Shown here in pieces: positions 37,195-47,230 of a stretch of DNA of 49,591 bases. The first letter of the stretch is position 1. Each line of letters starts with the position of its first letter. The translations under genes were made by a program, and so were the position numbers. The DNA comes from Steroidobacteraceae bacterium (GTDB lineage: Bacteria; Pseudomonadota; Gammaproteobacteria; Steroidobacterales; Steroidobacteraceae). The notes below the pieces were generated by a model. That model did not search any database. It was not told where the DNA came from and worked only from the letters and a program-made list of their open reading frames with translations. The DNA lies in assembly GCA_049694695.1 (NCBI GenBank), contig JBAVRE010000352.1, forward strand, positions 1 through 49,591, read 5' to 3'.

Positions 37195-38790
37195 TTGCGA
37201 ATTCTGACGGCGACGCTGTTGCTCGCGCTTTCCCTGGCAGGTTGCGGCGGTGGCGGTGGCGGTGGCGGCAGCACGCAACTGGCGCCAGCATGGCAGTCGG
37301 GCGTGTTTCAGGCGGCGAGCAGCTTTGCCGACAAGTGCGCCATGCCGCGCAGCGGCACCGACCCCGTCACCAAGACGCCTTACCCTGATCGGGCCGGAAC
37401 CCTGCTCGATGAAAAGAACTGGTTGCGTTCCTGGAACAACGATCTATACCTCTGGTACAGCGAAGTGCTTGACCAGAACCCGGCAAACTTTGCCACCACC
37501 CTGGCTTACTTTGACGTCCTGGCAACCACGGCCGTCACGCCATCTGGCGCGCCCAAGGACAAATTTCATTTCACCTATGACACGGCTACCTGGGAGGCGC
37601 TCGCGCTGACTGGTTCACAGGCGGGTTATGGCGCGCAGTGGATCATTCTCACCAGGGCTCCGCCGCGCAGTGTGGTGGTCGCCTATACGGAGCTTAATTC
37701 GCCCGCGACCGCGCCGGCAGCGAATCTGCAGCGTGGTGAAGCAGTGATCGAGGTCGACGGCGTCAATCTGCCCAATGCGACCACCCAGGCGGACATAGAC
37801 ATTCTGAACGCCGGACTGTTTCCGTCGGCCGCGGGCCGGCTGCATACCTTCCTGATTCAGGCACCCGGCGGCGCTACTCGTACCATAAGCATGATCTCGG
37901 CCGATGTCGTTGCGGCCTCGGTGCAGAATACGAAGACCATAACCACGACGAACGGCACCGTCGGCTACCTGCTCTTCAACGACCATCTGGCCACCGCCGA
38001 GCGCGCGCTGTACGACGCCTTTACGACCCTGCGGGCCGCCCACATCACCGATCTCGTGATCGACATCCGCTACAACGGCGGCGGCTACCTGGATATCGCC
38101 AGTGAAGTGGGCTACATGGTCGCGGGCGCCAGTCGCACCAGCGGCAAGACCTTCGACCTTACGCAGTTCAACGACAAGCATCCAACCACCGATCCGGTGA
38201 CAAAAACGGCTATCACGCCAATGCCGTTTCATACCGAATCGCTGGGATTCGCCGCGGCTCTGGGCGCCGGCCTGCCGCTGCCCACTCTCGACCTGACGCG
38301 GGTGTTCGTGTTGACAGGTCCGGACACCTGTTCCGCGAGCGAGGCGGTCATCAACGGATTGCGGGGTGCCGGCGTCGAGGTGATCCAGATCGGTTCGACT
38401 ACCTGCGGCAAGCCCTACGGCTTTTATCCTACCGACAACTGCGGCACGACCTATTTCTCGATTCAGTTCCGGGGCGTGAATGCCCTGAACTTCGGTGACT
38501 ACACCGATGGTTTTTCGCCGCAGAACACCGTAGGAGTAACCGGTGGCACGCCGGTCGGCGTGCTGTTGCCAGGTTGTTCAGTGGGCGATGATTTCAGCCA
38601 TCAGCTGGGCGATCCGGCCGAGGCGCGACTGGCCGAAGCACTGGTCTACAGCCAGAACAACACCGGCATGTGCACTGCGCCGCCGAGCGGGATCAGCAAG
38701 TCGCTGCGCGTGCAGAGTGATGCGGCAATGGACGGCCATCTGCCGGCTTCGCCGCGGCGCGCACTGATGCTGCCGCGACCATTGAACTGA
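37195..38790 (+). CDS. S41-family peptidase lipoprotein
   Basis: The start is TTG 37195, 5 nt after GGAGAG. The lipobox is LSLAGC, followed by Gly8. DIRYNGGGYL is the S41 (tail-specific protease) signature, and the Ser context is CSASE. Confidence 0.8.
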   Translation: MRILTATLLLALSLAGCGGGGGGGGSTQLAPAWQSGVFQAASSFADKCAMPRSGTDPVTKTPYPDRAGTLLDEKNWLRSWNNDLYLWYSEVLDQNPANFATTLAYFDVLATTAVTPSGAPKDKFHFTYDTATWEALALTGSQAGYGAQWIILTRAPPRSVVVAYTELNSPATAPAANLQRGEAVIEVDGVNLPNATTQADIDILNAGLFPSAAGRLHTFLIQAPGGATRTISMISADVVAASVQNTKTITTTNGTVGYLLFNDHLATAERALYDAFTTLRAAHITDLVIDIRYNGGGYLDIASEVGYMVAGASRTSGKTFDLTQFNDKHPTTDPVTKTAITPMPFHTESLGFAAALGAGLPLPTLDLTRVFVLTGPDTCSASEAVINGLRGAGVEVIQIGSTTCGKPYGFYPTDNCGTTYFSIQFRGVNALNFGDYTDGFSPQNTVGVTGGTPVGVLLPGCSVGDDFSHQLGDPAEARLAEALVYSQNNTGMCTAPPSGISKSLRVQSDAAMDGHLPASPRRALMLPRPLN

Positions 38791-38860
38791 GGGGCACGCC
38801 CGCCAGGGGTTGACGGTTACCCACAAGCGCCGCGCCAGGGCTTATGATCGTGCCCCTGTC

Positions 38861-39709
38861 ATGGAAGAACATCAGGTTACCGCGGTGGTTTGCGCCAATT
38901 GTGCGACCCCAGGCACGGGCAGCTATTGCGGCCGTTGCGGCCAGCGGTTCGACACCCATATTTATTCGCTGTGGCACTTCCTGGGCGAGGCCACCGAGGT
39001 GCTCACCCACGCCGATTCGCGCGTCTGGAACACCCTGCTGCCTTTGCTGGCGCGCCCGGGTTTTCTGACGCGCGAGTTCTTTGCCGGCCATCGCGCCCGC
39101 TATCTGCAGCCGTTCCGCCTGTACGTGATTCTGAGTGTGCTGTTCCTGCTGCTGGCGGGCTGGTTGAACAGCGCCACGCCGGCGGTGAATATCCAGGCCG
39201 GCGCAATCGACGTCAGCAAGTGCAGCAGTAACCTTCAGACCGACGTGCCCGGTGGCTCCTGGTTAAGGCCGCGCTTGATGGTCGCCTGCCAGAAGATCCT
39301 GACCAAGGGTGGCCGCGAGCTGGGCCAGAGCGTCGTGCATAACCTTGGGCGTGGCATGTTTGTCTTTCTGCCGCTGCTGGCGGGCTTCATGAAGCTGTTG
39401 TATTGGCGGCCGCGCCGCTACTACCTCGAGCATCTGTTGCTGCTGCTGCACAACCACGCTTTCGTTTTTCTGTGGCTGTCAATCTGGCTGCTGGCGACAC
39501 ATTGGCTCAGCTCACAAGGTTGGGCGGGCCTGTTTAGCCTGGCAATGGGCGCTTACCTGGTCCGCTACCTGTACCGATCCATGAAACTGGTCTACGCGCA
39601 ATCGGGCTCGCTCACCTTTCTGAAATTCACGGTGCTGCTGTCCGCCTACCTGGTCTGTGGCCTGATCATGCTGCTGGCCACCACTCTGTTCAGCGCCGTG
39701 ACCCTCTAG
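38861..39709 (+). CDS. DUF3667-domain membrane protein with an N-terminal zinc ribbon
   Basis: CANC....GSYCGRCGQ is followed by the conserved LTREFF.G.R.RY..P.RLY and several TM helices. ATG 38861 (MEEHQV) was chosen. Confidence 0.7.
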   Translation: MEEHQVTAVVCANCATPGTGSYCGRCGQRFDTHIYSLWHFLGEATEVLTHADSRVWNTLLPLLARPGFLTREFFAGHRARYLQPFRLYVILSVLFLLLAGWLNSATPAVNIQAGAIDVSKCSSNLQTDVPGGSWLRPRLMVACQKILTKGGRELGQSVVHNLGRGMFVFLPLLAGFMKLLYWRPRRYYLEHLLLLLHNHAFVFLWLSIWLLATHWLSSQGWAGLFSLAMGAYLVRYLYRSMKLVYAQSGSLTFLKFTVLLSAYLVCGLIMLLATTLFSAVTL

Positions 39710-41052
39710 GGCTGCGTGCGCTCGTCGTTCGCCGGGTACTCGACTCCGCCCTTCATGACGAAGCGCACCTGCTCGAGCCGCTTGACGTCGGCGAGCGGAT
39801 CGCCCTGAACGGCCACCAGGTCGGCGAACTTGCCCGTCGCGACGCTGCCGAGCCGATCGCCCCAGCCAAGCAGCTCAGCAGCCACCACGGTCGCCGAGCG
39901 CAGCGCCTGCTCGGGCGTCATGCCGTACTTCACCATGAGCGCGAATTCCCGCGCCGGGTTGATGTGCCAGTCAAAGCCGCCGATATCGGTGCCGAAGGCG
40001 ATGCTGACGCCCGCCTTGAGCGCGCGGCGAAACGTATTCTCATGGATAGCGAGCATATCGAGCCACACCGGGGCCCCCGCACCGGCGCGGCCCTTGGCGA
40101 CGTACTCGCCAACATAGATTGTGGGCACGTAGTAGATGCCCTTCTGCACCATCGTGCGCAGGTCCTCGTCGGCGATGTAGTTGCCGTGCTCGATGCTGTC
40201 GACTCCAGCCTCGACTGAGTTGTGCACGCCGTAGAGCGCCATGGCGTGCGCGGCAATCCGGTGGCGCTGGCGGTGGGTCTCATCGACGATCGCCTTGAGT
40301 TCATCCAGCGTGAAGGTCGGAATGTCGTCGAGCACACCATTGCCGGCGACGCGATAGCTTCGATCGGCATAGACCTTGATCCAGTCGACACCGTGCGAGA
40401 GCTGCTCGCGCACGGCCCGGCGCCCGCCCTCGACGCCGTCGACTTCCTGTACGCCCTTGGGCATGACGAGCGCCGGTGCATAGCCGAGCAGCGGATAGGC
40501 GCCGGTAACGTCCATCGAACGGCCGGCAACCTGCATGCGCGGCCCCGGAATGATGCCGCGCTCGATGGCATTGCGAACATCGACGTCGGCGTAGCCGGCG
40601 CCCTCGGTTTCGACGTCGCGGATGGTCGTGAACCCCCACGACAGTATGCGGCGCGCATTCATCGTGGCGAGGATCGTCCGGTACTCGGGCGACTGCTTGA
40701 GCAGCTGCGCGTCGTAGTCCTCCGCGGTGATGTCTCCCTGGAGGAGCACGTGCGTGTGGGTGTCGATGAGGCCCGGAAGACAGGTCAGGCCCGAGAGATC
40801 CGTAACCAGGCCGGGGGGTGGGGGTCCATCCGCCGACCGCAGCTCGCCAAAGCGATCGCCGCGGATCTCGATCAGCACCGGCCCGCGCGTCGGCCCGCTG
40901 CGGCCGTCCCACAGTGCTCCGCAGCGCAGCCAGTGGCTCGAAGGTGCGGGCACGGTGGCCGGTTCGGCGGCCGAGGCGTGCGCGGCCGCGCCAAGCAGGC
41001 CAAGCAGCAGCATGGCGCGCGGCATGTAGGATCGGGGGTTGAATGCAGTCAT
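39706..41052 (-). CDS. secreted metal-dependent amidohydrolase-family protein (COG1228-like)
   Basis: It has a signal peptide. The HxH metal motif is PGLIDTHTHV, and later H and D ligands are present (IAAHA, IEHG, FGTD). It overlaps the convergent DUF3667 gene by 4 nt. An alternative start is 41025. Confidence 0.8.
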   Translation of the reverse strand: MTAFNPRSYMPRAMLLLGLLGAAAHASAAEPATVPAPSSHWLRCGALWDGRSGPTRGPVLIEIRGDRFGELRSADGPPPPGLVTDLSGLTCLPGLIDTHTHVLLQGDITAEDYDAQLLKQSPEYRTILATMNARRILSWGFTTIRDVETEGAGYADVDVRNAIERGIIPGPRMQVAGRSMDVTGAYPLLGYAPALVMPKGVQEVDGVEGGRRAVREQLSHGVDWIKVYADRSYRVAGNGVLDDIPTFTLDELKAIVDETHRQRHRIAAHAMALYGVHNSVEAGVDSIEHGNYIADEDLRTMVQKGIYYVPTIYVGEYVAKGRAGAGAPVWLDMLAIHENTFRRALKAGVSIAFGTDIGGFDWHINPAREFALMVKYGMTPEQALRSATVVAAELLGWGDRLGSVATGKFADLVAVQGDPLADVKRLEQVRFVMKGGVEYPANDERTQP

Positions 41053-41134
41053 GGCGAATGAGCCTTGGCAGCCGGGGCAGCTACTCTAGTGCGTTTGAAG
41101 CCCCTCGGCTAATACCTGCGAGCCGCCGGACGCT

Positions 41135-41163
41135 TTGCGGATCGGCGTATTGGGCCGTAAACT
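41135..41163 (+). promoter_or_regulatory. candidate sigma-70 promoter for tRNA-Gly
   Basis: TTGCGG (41135-41140), a 17-nt spacer, then TAAACT (41158-41163). This places the transcription start a few nt before the tRNA 5' end. Confidence 0.3.
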
Positions 41164-41174
41164 TGAGACCCGCC

Positions 41175-41248
41175 GCGGGTGTAGTTCAATGGTAGAACTG
41201 CAGCTTCCCAAGCTGCTAACGTGGGTTCGATTCCCATCACCCGCTCCA
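41175..41248 (+). tRNA. tRNA-Gly (anticodon CCC)
   Basis: I folded the cloverleaf by hand. The acceptor stem is GCGGGTG/CACCCGC, the D arm GTTC-AATGGTA-GAAC and the T arm GTGGG-TTCGATT-CCCAT. The anticodon arm is GCAGC-TTCCCAA-GCTGC. The CCA end is encoded. Confidence 0.95.
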
Positions 41249-41288
41249 GATTTCACACGCGCAGCCAGGCTGCCAGGGAGCAGCGGCC

Positions 41289-41720
41289 ATGCTTGAACTG
41301 CATGCTGTGGATTTGCGCGCCGATCAGGCGGCGCAGGAATACATCAAGCACGAGACGGTGAGCGTCAGTTTCGCGACTGCGGCCGGCGTGCTCACTTCGC
41401 GTGTCGGCCAGAATCACTATGTGGCCGGCGATGCGTTGATCACGGGCGCAGATGGCGATTGCTGGTGCGTAGCGCGCGAACGCTTCGATGCCGGCTACCT
41501 GCCGCTGGCGCCGACCACGCACGGTGCGCCGGGGCGCTATCGCAATCGGCCGCGGCCGGTGCTGGCCAGACAGATGGCTACAGCGTTTCGCTGCGCACGC
41601 AGCGCCGGCGGCGACCGGCTGCAGGGCCAGGCGGGCGACTGGCTGCTGCAGTACGCCCCAGGCGATTACGGCATCGCCACCAATGCGCGCTTTCGCCTGG
41701 TGTACCGCCTGCCGGCCTGA
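41289..41720 (+). CDS. PGDYG-domain protein (function unknown)
   Basis: The product is 143 aa and contains the literal PGDYG motif in the context GDWLLQYAPGDYGI. GC3 is high. Confidence 0.65.
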   Translation: MLELHAVDLRADQAAQEYIKHETVSVSFATAAGVLTSRVGQNHYVAGDALITGADGDCWCVARERFDAGYLPLAPTTHGAPGRYRNRPRPVLARQMATAFRCARSAGGDRLQGQAGDWLLQYAPGDYGIATNARFRLVYRLPA

Positions 41721-41721
41721 C

Positions 41722-43773
41722 TCACCATACGCGACAGCGCTTGTTGCTCACCATCGGTTGCGCGGACTTGCAGGCGAAGGCGTGTTCGAACTCGGGCATG
41801 TTCACGACCAGGCCATTCACCCGGTAGCGGCCCGGCGAGTGCGGATCGGTCTTGGCATGCAGCCGCAGGTTTTCCGGGCGGTTGTTTTCGCAGGCCCATT
41901 GCGCATAGCCCACAAAGAAGCGCTGCTCGGGCGTCAGTCCGTCGCGACTCTCGAGCTGGTCATGGGCTGTCTGCGCCGCCCAGGCCATATGCGCGAGGAT
42001 CAGGCCGCCCAGATCGGCGACGTCTTCGCCCAACGTCAGCCGGCTGTTGATGTGAATGTCATCGATCACCAGGTATTGCGCATACTGATCGACAACGCAT
42101 TGCGTGCGTTCCTGGAAATTTTTCGCATCGCTCGCTATCCACCAGTCCTTGAGATTGCCGGCTGAGTCGAACTGACGACCTTCATCGTCAAAGCCGTGCG
42201 TCAATTCGTGGCCAATCGTGCCGCCGGTGTTGCCGTAGTTGGGTGCATCGTCGAGCCTGGGATCGTAAAGCGGTGGCTGCAGTACGCCGGCCGGGAAGTT
42301 GATATCGTTCATCTGCGGGTTGTAATAGGCGTTCACCGTTGTGGGCGTCATGCCCCACTCACTGCGATCGAGTGGCTTGCCGATCTTTGCGAGCTGGCGC
42401 TGCGCTTCAAAGGTGGCGGCTCGCTGCACGTTGCCGAAGTGGTCGTCAGCCCGGATGCTCACGGCGCCGTAGTCGCGCCAGTGATCGGGGTAACCGATCT
42501 TGTTCACGATGCTATCGAGTTTCGCGAGCGCCTGCTGCCTGGTGGCAGCGCTCATCCAGCCCAGCGATTCGATGTCCTGGCGCATGGCCTGTTCGATCTG
42601 CCGTGTCATCCTGAGCGTGGCCGCCTTGAGCTCGGGCCCGAAGACGCGGGCGACGAACTCGCGCCCCAGCGCTTCGCCCAGCAGCGTATCGACCTGCGTC
42701 ACGCAGCGCTGCCAGCGCGGCTTCTGCTGCTCTACGCCGCGCAGCGTGTGATCAAAGTAGGCAAAGCGTTCATCTTCAAAAGCCCTGGACAGGTACGGGG
42801 CCGCGCTGTGCGCGGCATGCCAGCGCAGATAGGTCTTCAGATCCGCAAGACTGATCGAGCCCAGCAGCCGGTCGAAGGCCGCATAGAACTTCGGCTCGGC
42901 GATGTTCAGGACCCTGATGTCGGCAAGACCCAGAGGCTGCAGGTAACTGGCCCAGTTGAAGTGCGGCGTGAGGCGCGCGAGCGCGGGCCGTTCGAACTTG
43001 TGGAACAGCTTGTAGGGGTCGCGCCGCTCGACGCGCTTGAGCGAGGCCTGGGCGAGCTGTGTTTCCAGGCGCAGCACCGTCGCGGCGTTGCGGGCCGCCG
43101 CCGCCGGGTCATCACCCAGCAGGCCAAATACGCGCGTCAGGTGCTGGTTGTATTGCGTGCGCAGCTGGCGGGCGTGTGCATCAGTGTCGGTGTAGTAGTC
43201 GCGATCCGGCAGCCCCAGGCCGCCGGCATCGGCAAAGGCAATGATCTGGGTCGAATCGCTGAAATCCTGATTGGATCCGAAACTGAAGAAGAAGCCGGCA
43301 TCGCCACTGCTCAGCTGCAGTTGACTGAGCAGCGCGGGCAGGGCGTTCTTGCTGTGCAGCGCCGCGATGCTGGTGAGCATCGCGGCCAGCGGCCTGGCGC
43401 CGGCCTGTTCGATCGCCGCCTCATTCATGCAGGCGGCGAAATAATCGCCGATCTTCTGTTGGTTGTCGCTGCGCTCAACCTGCTGCTGCGCCAGGCCTGC
43501 GAGTATGCCCCACAGGAATCTCTGGTTGTCGTGATAGAGCTTGCCGTACACGCTCCAGCTGGCCTGATCGGCGGGGATAGGGTTGTGCGCCATCCAGCCG
43601 CCGCAGCTGTATTGGTAGAAATCGACGCACGGGTCGGCGCTCCTGTCCATGGAGGGCAGGTCGAGACTGGGTGTATAGGGGAAACTGGTCAGCGGTTGTT
43701 CATTGCTATCGGCAGCTGCTATTCGGATGCAGCAGAGCGCGAGCAGGGCGAGCGTGATGGTGCGGGTGCGCAT
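41722..43773 (-). CDS. M13-family zinc metallopeptidase (PepO / endothelin-converting-enzyme-like), secreted
   Basis: It has a signal peptide. The zinc motif is HELTHGFD and the downstream motif is GEDVADLGG. The family-typical C-terminus C..W (CRVW) is present. Confidence 0.9.
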   Translation of the reverse strand: MRTRTITLALLALCCIRIAAADSNEQPLTSFPYTPSLDLPSMDRSADPCVDFYQYSCGGWMAHNPIPADQASWSVYGKLYHDNQRFLWGILAGLAQQQVERSDNQQKIGDYFAACMNEAAIEQAGARPLAAMLTSIAALHSKNALPALLSQLQLSSGDAGFFFSFGSNQDFSDSTQIIAFADAGGLGLPDRDYYTDTDAHARQLRTQYNQHLTRVFGLLGDDPAAAARNAATVLRLETQLAQASLKRVERRDPYKLFHKFERPALARLTPHFNWASYLQPLGLADIRVLNIAEPKFYAAFDRLLGSISLADLKTYLRWHAAHSAAPYLSRAFEDERFAYFDHTLRGVEQQKPRWQRCVTQVDTLLGEALGREFVARVFGPELKAATLRMTRQIEQAMRQDIESLGWMSAATRQQALAKLDSIVNKIGYPDHWRDYGAVSIRADDHFGNVQRAATFEAQRQLAKIGKPLDRSEWGMTPTTVNAYYNPQMNDINFPAGVLQPPLYDPRLDDAPNYGNTGGTIGHELTHGFDDEGRQFDSAGNLKDWWIASDAKNFQERTQCVVDQYAQYLVIDDIHINSRLTLGEDVADLGGLILAHMAWAAQTAHDQLESRDGLTPEQRFFVGYAQWACENNRPENLRLHAKTDPHSPGRYRVNGLVVNMPEFEHAFACKSAQPMVSNKRCRVW

Positions 43774-43806
43774 GGTCAGATTCCCGGCGTTGTGATCCAG
43801 ATCGCG

Positions 43807-45480
43807 TTAGCGTACCGCCTGCAGATCGTGAATGCGATAGCTTATGAAATCGTCGATGAGTGCGCGATCGGCACAGTCGAGCAGCAGATTGCGGCAGCGC
43901 TGCGCCACACTGAGCGCTGCCTGCGCGCCGGCGTCCAGCGGAACACCGGCAAAGCGCAGCAGCTCACTGCCCAGGAATGGCACGTCGAGTGCCTCGGGCG
44001 ATGTGGTCACTCCGGGAGCGCCGAAATTAGCGCTCAACTGATGGTAGGTGAGAAAGCGCAGCTGCGCCGCGCCTGCATTGGTCGCCAGGCGCGTGACATT
44101 CATGTCGGCCATGGTATTGATAAAAGCTTTGGCGAAGTCCGGTTGATGATCGCCAAACCAGCCAAGCACGCGCGGCCGTGGCGCCGCCAGCCAGCTGCGG
44201 CGCAGCGCTGCAAGATCCCGGGCGGAATCGTCCAGGCGCGCCAGGTAGTCGGCCAGTGGTCGACCCAGCCGCTTTTCCACGGTGTGCACGCCTGCTGGCA
44301 GCGGGCCAACCCATTCGCCATGCGGACCGTGATTGCGGATCGTCAACATGAATATGAACAGCGGTCGCTGATCGTGGCTTTCCCTGAGGATGGTGAGCGC
44401 CTTGTCAAACAGCGTGCTATCGCGCACCGCATGCCAGTCATCCGGGAGCTGCAGATCCTGCGCGGCATAGATCTCATCAAAGCCGTAGTAGCGGTAAGCG
44501 GAGCGTGCACGCAGAAAATCGGCGCCTACCGCGGAGAACACCATCGTGCGATAACCGAGGCTGCGCAGATACTGCGGCAACGATTGGCGCAGACGCGGCG
44601 CGAGCGACACGGGCGCATAGGCACCGCCGCGCCCGAAGCTGCGCCAATCGAAACCTGCGAGAAAAGCGAACTCGGTAAGCCAGGTGCCCCCGCCCGTGGT
44701 GTGCACCAATAGCGGACTTTGCAGCGTGCGCAGCGCGCTGGGTGGAGTGCGAAACATGGCGCTGTTGCAGGCCGGGTCGCGACACTTGCCGATCAGCTGT
44801 GGATCAAAGGTGCTTTCCTCGAGCACCATGAGTATGTCTGGCAGGCGCGCCTCCGCGGCAGCGCCAGCCGGCGTTGCGCTGCTTGCGCTGAGTATCTGCT
44901 CGGACATTGGAAAGCGCGTTTGCCGGCGCACCGGCGGAATGGTTGCCAGCATGTCGCGGTTTTCAAAGAACAGATTCAGTCGGTCGGCCCAGTGATCGGC
45001 CAGCTCCATGTGGCGCATGGTGAGAAATGCGCTCCAGGCGTCGCGATCATCCGCGGTACCGGCATGCGCCAGGGGCGGCGCAGTGCCGTAACCGATGCCG
45101 AGCACCGTGGCCAGGGCAACTGCCACGGTGAAACGCGCACCGTGGATCAGCGCGCTCGAGCGCGCCGGCCAGCGCGAGCGCTCGAGCCGCCAGCCGAAAA
45201 GCAGCAGCAACAGGAAGCCGGCGATGATGCCCAGAAAGTTCAGGCCCAGCGCCGGGTAGTTCAGGAACAGCTTCAGATCATCGAGCGGGTCGCGAAAGAA
45301 GAACTGCACATCGGCGAGCGTCAGCGGCATGCCGAGCAAGGATTGCATTACCGTGGAACTGAACAACACGGCGCTCAACAGGTAGAGCACCAGCAACAAT
45401 GCCGTGAAGGGCCGGCGTGTAAGCGCGGCAAAGATGCCGAAAGTGCAGCCGGCCGCGATCAGGGTGGTGGCGTTGAGCAC
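43807..45480 (-). CDS. membrane-anchored alkaline-phosphatase-superfamily transferase (LtaS / MdoB phosphoglycerol-transferase-like 'sulfatase' domain)
   Basis: The start is GTG at 45480. About four N-terminal TM helices are followed by ILMVLEES (metal/ES motif) and TTGGGTWLTEFAFLAGF (Thr nucleophile region). It lies 12 nt downstream of the GT39 gene. Confidence 0.7.
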   Translation of the reverse strand: MLNATTLIAAGCTFGIFAALTRRPFTALLLVLYLLSAVLFSSTVMQSLLGMPLTLADVQFFFRDPLDDLKLFLNYPALGLNFLGIIAGFLLLLLFGWRLERSRWPARSSALIHGARFTVAVALATVLGIGYGTAPPLAHAGTADDRDAWSAFLTMRHMELADHWADRLNLFFENRDMLATIPPVRRQTRFPMSEQILSASSATPAGAAAEARLPDILMVLEESTFDPQLIGKCRDPACNSAMFRTPPSALRTLQSPLLVHTTGGGTWLTEFAFLAGFDWRSFGRGGAYAPVSLAPRLRQSLPQYLRSLGYRTMVFSAVGADFLRARSAYRYYGFDEIYAAQDLQLPDDWHAVRDSTLFDKALTILRESHDQRPLFIFMLTIRNHGPHGEWVGPLPAGVHTVEKRLGRPLADYLARLDDSARDLAALRRSWLAAPRPRVLGWFGDHQPDFAKAFINTMADMNVTRLATNAGAAQLRFLTYHQLSANFGAPGVTTSPEALDVPFLGSELLRFAGVPLDAGAQAALSVAQRCRNLLLDCADRALIDDFISYRIHDLQAVR

Positions 45481-45492
45481 GGCTGGAGTCTA

Positions 45493-47097
45493 TCAGCGCT
45501 GCGGCAGGTAATAGAGATCGATGGACTTGCCGACGCGTTGTACTGGCTGGTAGTCAGCCAGCCACGCATAGCCGTCGCCCGATTCTTTCAGCGCCAGCAT
45601 GTCGATGGCGATCCAGCCGGTGACGCGCTGGCCTCGTGCCAGCAGCTGGTAGGGCGGCAGGTGCTCGCGGCTCAGATCGGCAGAGCCGCGATAGGCGATG
45701 TAGAGCGACGGCACGCGACGGCGCGCCAGGTCCAGCGACAGACGGCGCAGGTCCTGCCCCCAGTCCAGATCGGAATCGACCAGGATGCGCTCCGGGTGCG
45801 CGCCCGCGAAGCCGTTGAAGTAGGCCAGGTAGTCGGGATACGCGCTTACCACCGTGGCGACCTGCCAGAGCAGAAGTGCGCCCAGCAGGCTGCGCGCCCA
45901 GCGCGCGCGCAGGCGGTTCCAGAGTGCGACGCTGGCCGCGGCGGCGCCAACCGCCAGCAATGGGTACAGCACCAGCACGTGGCGCACGCCGATGTTGATG
46001 TGGCTGTACAGGCAGCAGAATATCAGCAGCGCGGCAAAGATCAGCGCCGGCGCCATGCTTGCAGGCCGTCGTTCGCGCCAGCCTTGCAGCGCCATCCAGA
46101 CCAAGCCGGGGATGCCGAGCAGCAGCATCGGAATCGGTGTCTTGACGCCAAGCGCCACCGGATAGAAATACCACCAGCCGAGCAGATCGGTCTGACCCAG
46201 CAGGTAGGCCGGATGCCCATGGGTGTTGTGAAACTCAACGCCCAGAATGTTCAGCACCACTTCCTGCGCGCCCAGCGGCACGCGCCAGTGTGTTGCCAGG
46301 CCGTAGGCGAACTCGCGCAGCCGCCCGCTGTCGCCGACCAGTGCGTCGAGTGCGCGGTTCGGCCTGAAGTCTGGCGTGGTCAGATAGATGAGGTGTGGAC
46401 CGTAAACCGCGACGCAGACGATGAGCGCCAGCAGCGCGGCGAGCGCGCCGCTGCCAAGATATGCCTTGACGCCCGGATGCAGGCTGGTGCCGCCGCTTGC
46501 CGCAGTGCGCATCGGTCGCCTATTCGACAGAATTTGCGTCGCGAACAACACCGCCGCAGCGATGCCAATAAAAGGCAGCGCCGACATCTTGGTGCTCACC
46601 GCCAACCCTGCCGCCAGCCCCAGGGCGGCGCCGCGCTGCACAGTTGGCGTGGCAATCCAGCGTTGCAGAAAATAAAAACTCAGTACGCACAGCGCAGTCA
46701 CTGGAACATCCAGGGCCACGACGCCAGCGTGACCGAGTATCGCGGGCGTGCTGAGCAGGAACAGTGTACTCAACCAGGCGACAGGCTCACCGTGACTGTC
46801 CCGCACCCAGCGCCACAGGGCGAAGATCAGCACCACCAGGAACGGCAGCATTCCCATTCGCGCCAGGGTCAGCAGCGTGTCGTAACTGGCTCTCGAGTTA
46901 TAGAGAATGTCGCGACCCGCTTCGACTCCGCTCGGACTCGCATCAACGCGCAGGCGGGCGCCCGCCAGGTGCGGACCGAGCGCGGCCGCAAGGCGCGCCA
47001 GTGGCGGGTGCTGATCGTCATAGAGGTATTGATCGCGATCGAGCAACGACATGCCGGCGGCGATGTGCTCGGGTTCATCCCAGACATTGCCGAACAC
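45493..47097 (-). CDS. GT-C fold glycosyltransferase family 39 (ArnT/PMT-like). The true start is probably upstream of the GTG at 47097.
   Basis: It has many TM helices, a first-loop acidic motif (WDEPEH) and a C-terminal periplasmic domain. The in-frame upstream codons encode RRFLLPALALLACALVASTWH, a missing TM1 (see findings). Confidence 0.8.
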   Translation of the reverse strand: MFGNVWDEPEHIAAGMSLLDRDQYLYDDQHPPLARLAAALGPHLAGARLRVDASPSGVEAGRDILYNSRASYDTLLTLARMGMLPFLVVLIFALWRWVRDSHGEPVAWLSTLFLLSTPAILGHAGVVALDVPVTALCVLSFYFLQRWIATPTVQRGAALGLAAGLAVSTKMSALPFIGIAAAVLFATQILSNRRPMRTAASGGTSLHPGVKAYLGSGALAALLALIVCVAVYGPHLIYLTTPDFRPNRALDALVGDSGRLREFAYGLATHWRVPLGAQEVVLNILGVEFHNTHGHPAYLLGQTDLLGWWYFYPVALGVKTPIPMLLLGIPGLVWMALQGWRERRPASMAPALIFAALLIFCCLYSHINIGVRHVLVLYPLLAVGAAAASVALWNRLRARWARSLLGALLLWQVATVVSAYPDYLAYFNGFAGAHPERILVDSDLDWGQDLRRLSLDLARRRVPSLYIAYRGSADLSREHLPPYQLLARGQRVTGWIAIDMLALKESGDGYAWLADYQPVQRVGKSIDLYYLPQR

Positions 47098-47210
47098 GTG
47101 CCAGGTCGAGGCTACGAGCGCGCAGGCCAGCAGGGCGAGGGCGGGCAGTAGGAAGCGTCTGGCCGTGTACCACGGCGTCCTGATGTTGATGGTGGCTCTC
47201 GCAAAGGAAA

Positions 47211-47230
47211 CTGTCGGCGGGCGCCGACAG
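47211..47230. promoter_or_regulatory. perfect 9-bp-arm palindrome in the divergent GT39 / small-ORF-mutY control region
   Basis: The sequence is CTGTCGGCG-GG-CGCCGACAG. It is either an operator candidate or a 5'UTR hairpin. Confidence 0.3.

Noticed and set aside
42196-47151. Two very long plus-strand ORFs (838 and 810 aa) spanning the M13 peptidase, LtaS-like and GT39 genes.
   Set aside because: They lie antisense to three well-supported minus-strand genes. Their translations are Arg/Gln/Ala-rich without domains, and stop-codon depletion in GC-rich antisense frames explains them. The same reasoning applies to 5250-6647(-), 30037-31047(-), 13752-15011(+), 14615-15595(+), 32902-33822(+), 40222-41061(+) and the many ORFs of 60-270 aa nested in annotated genes.
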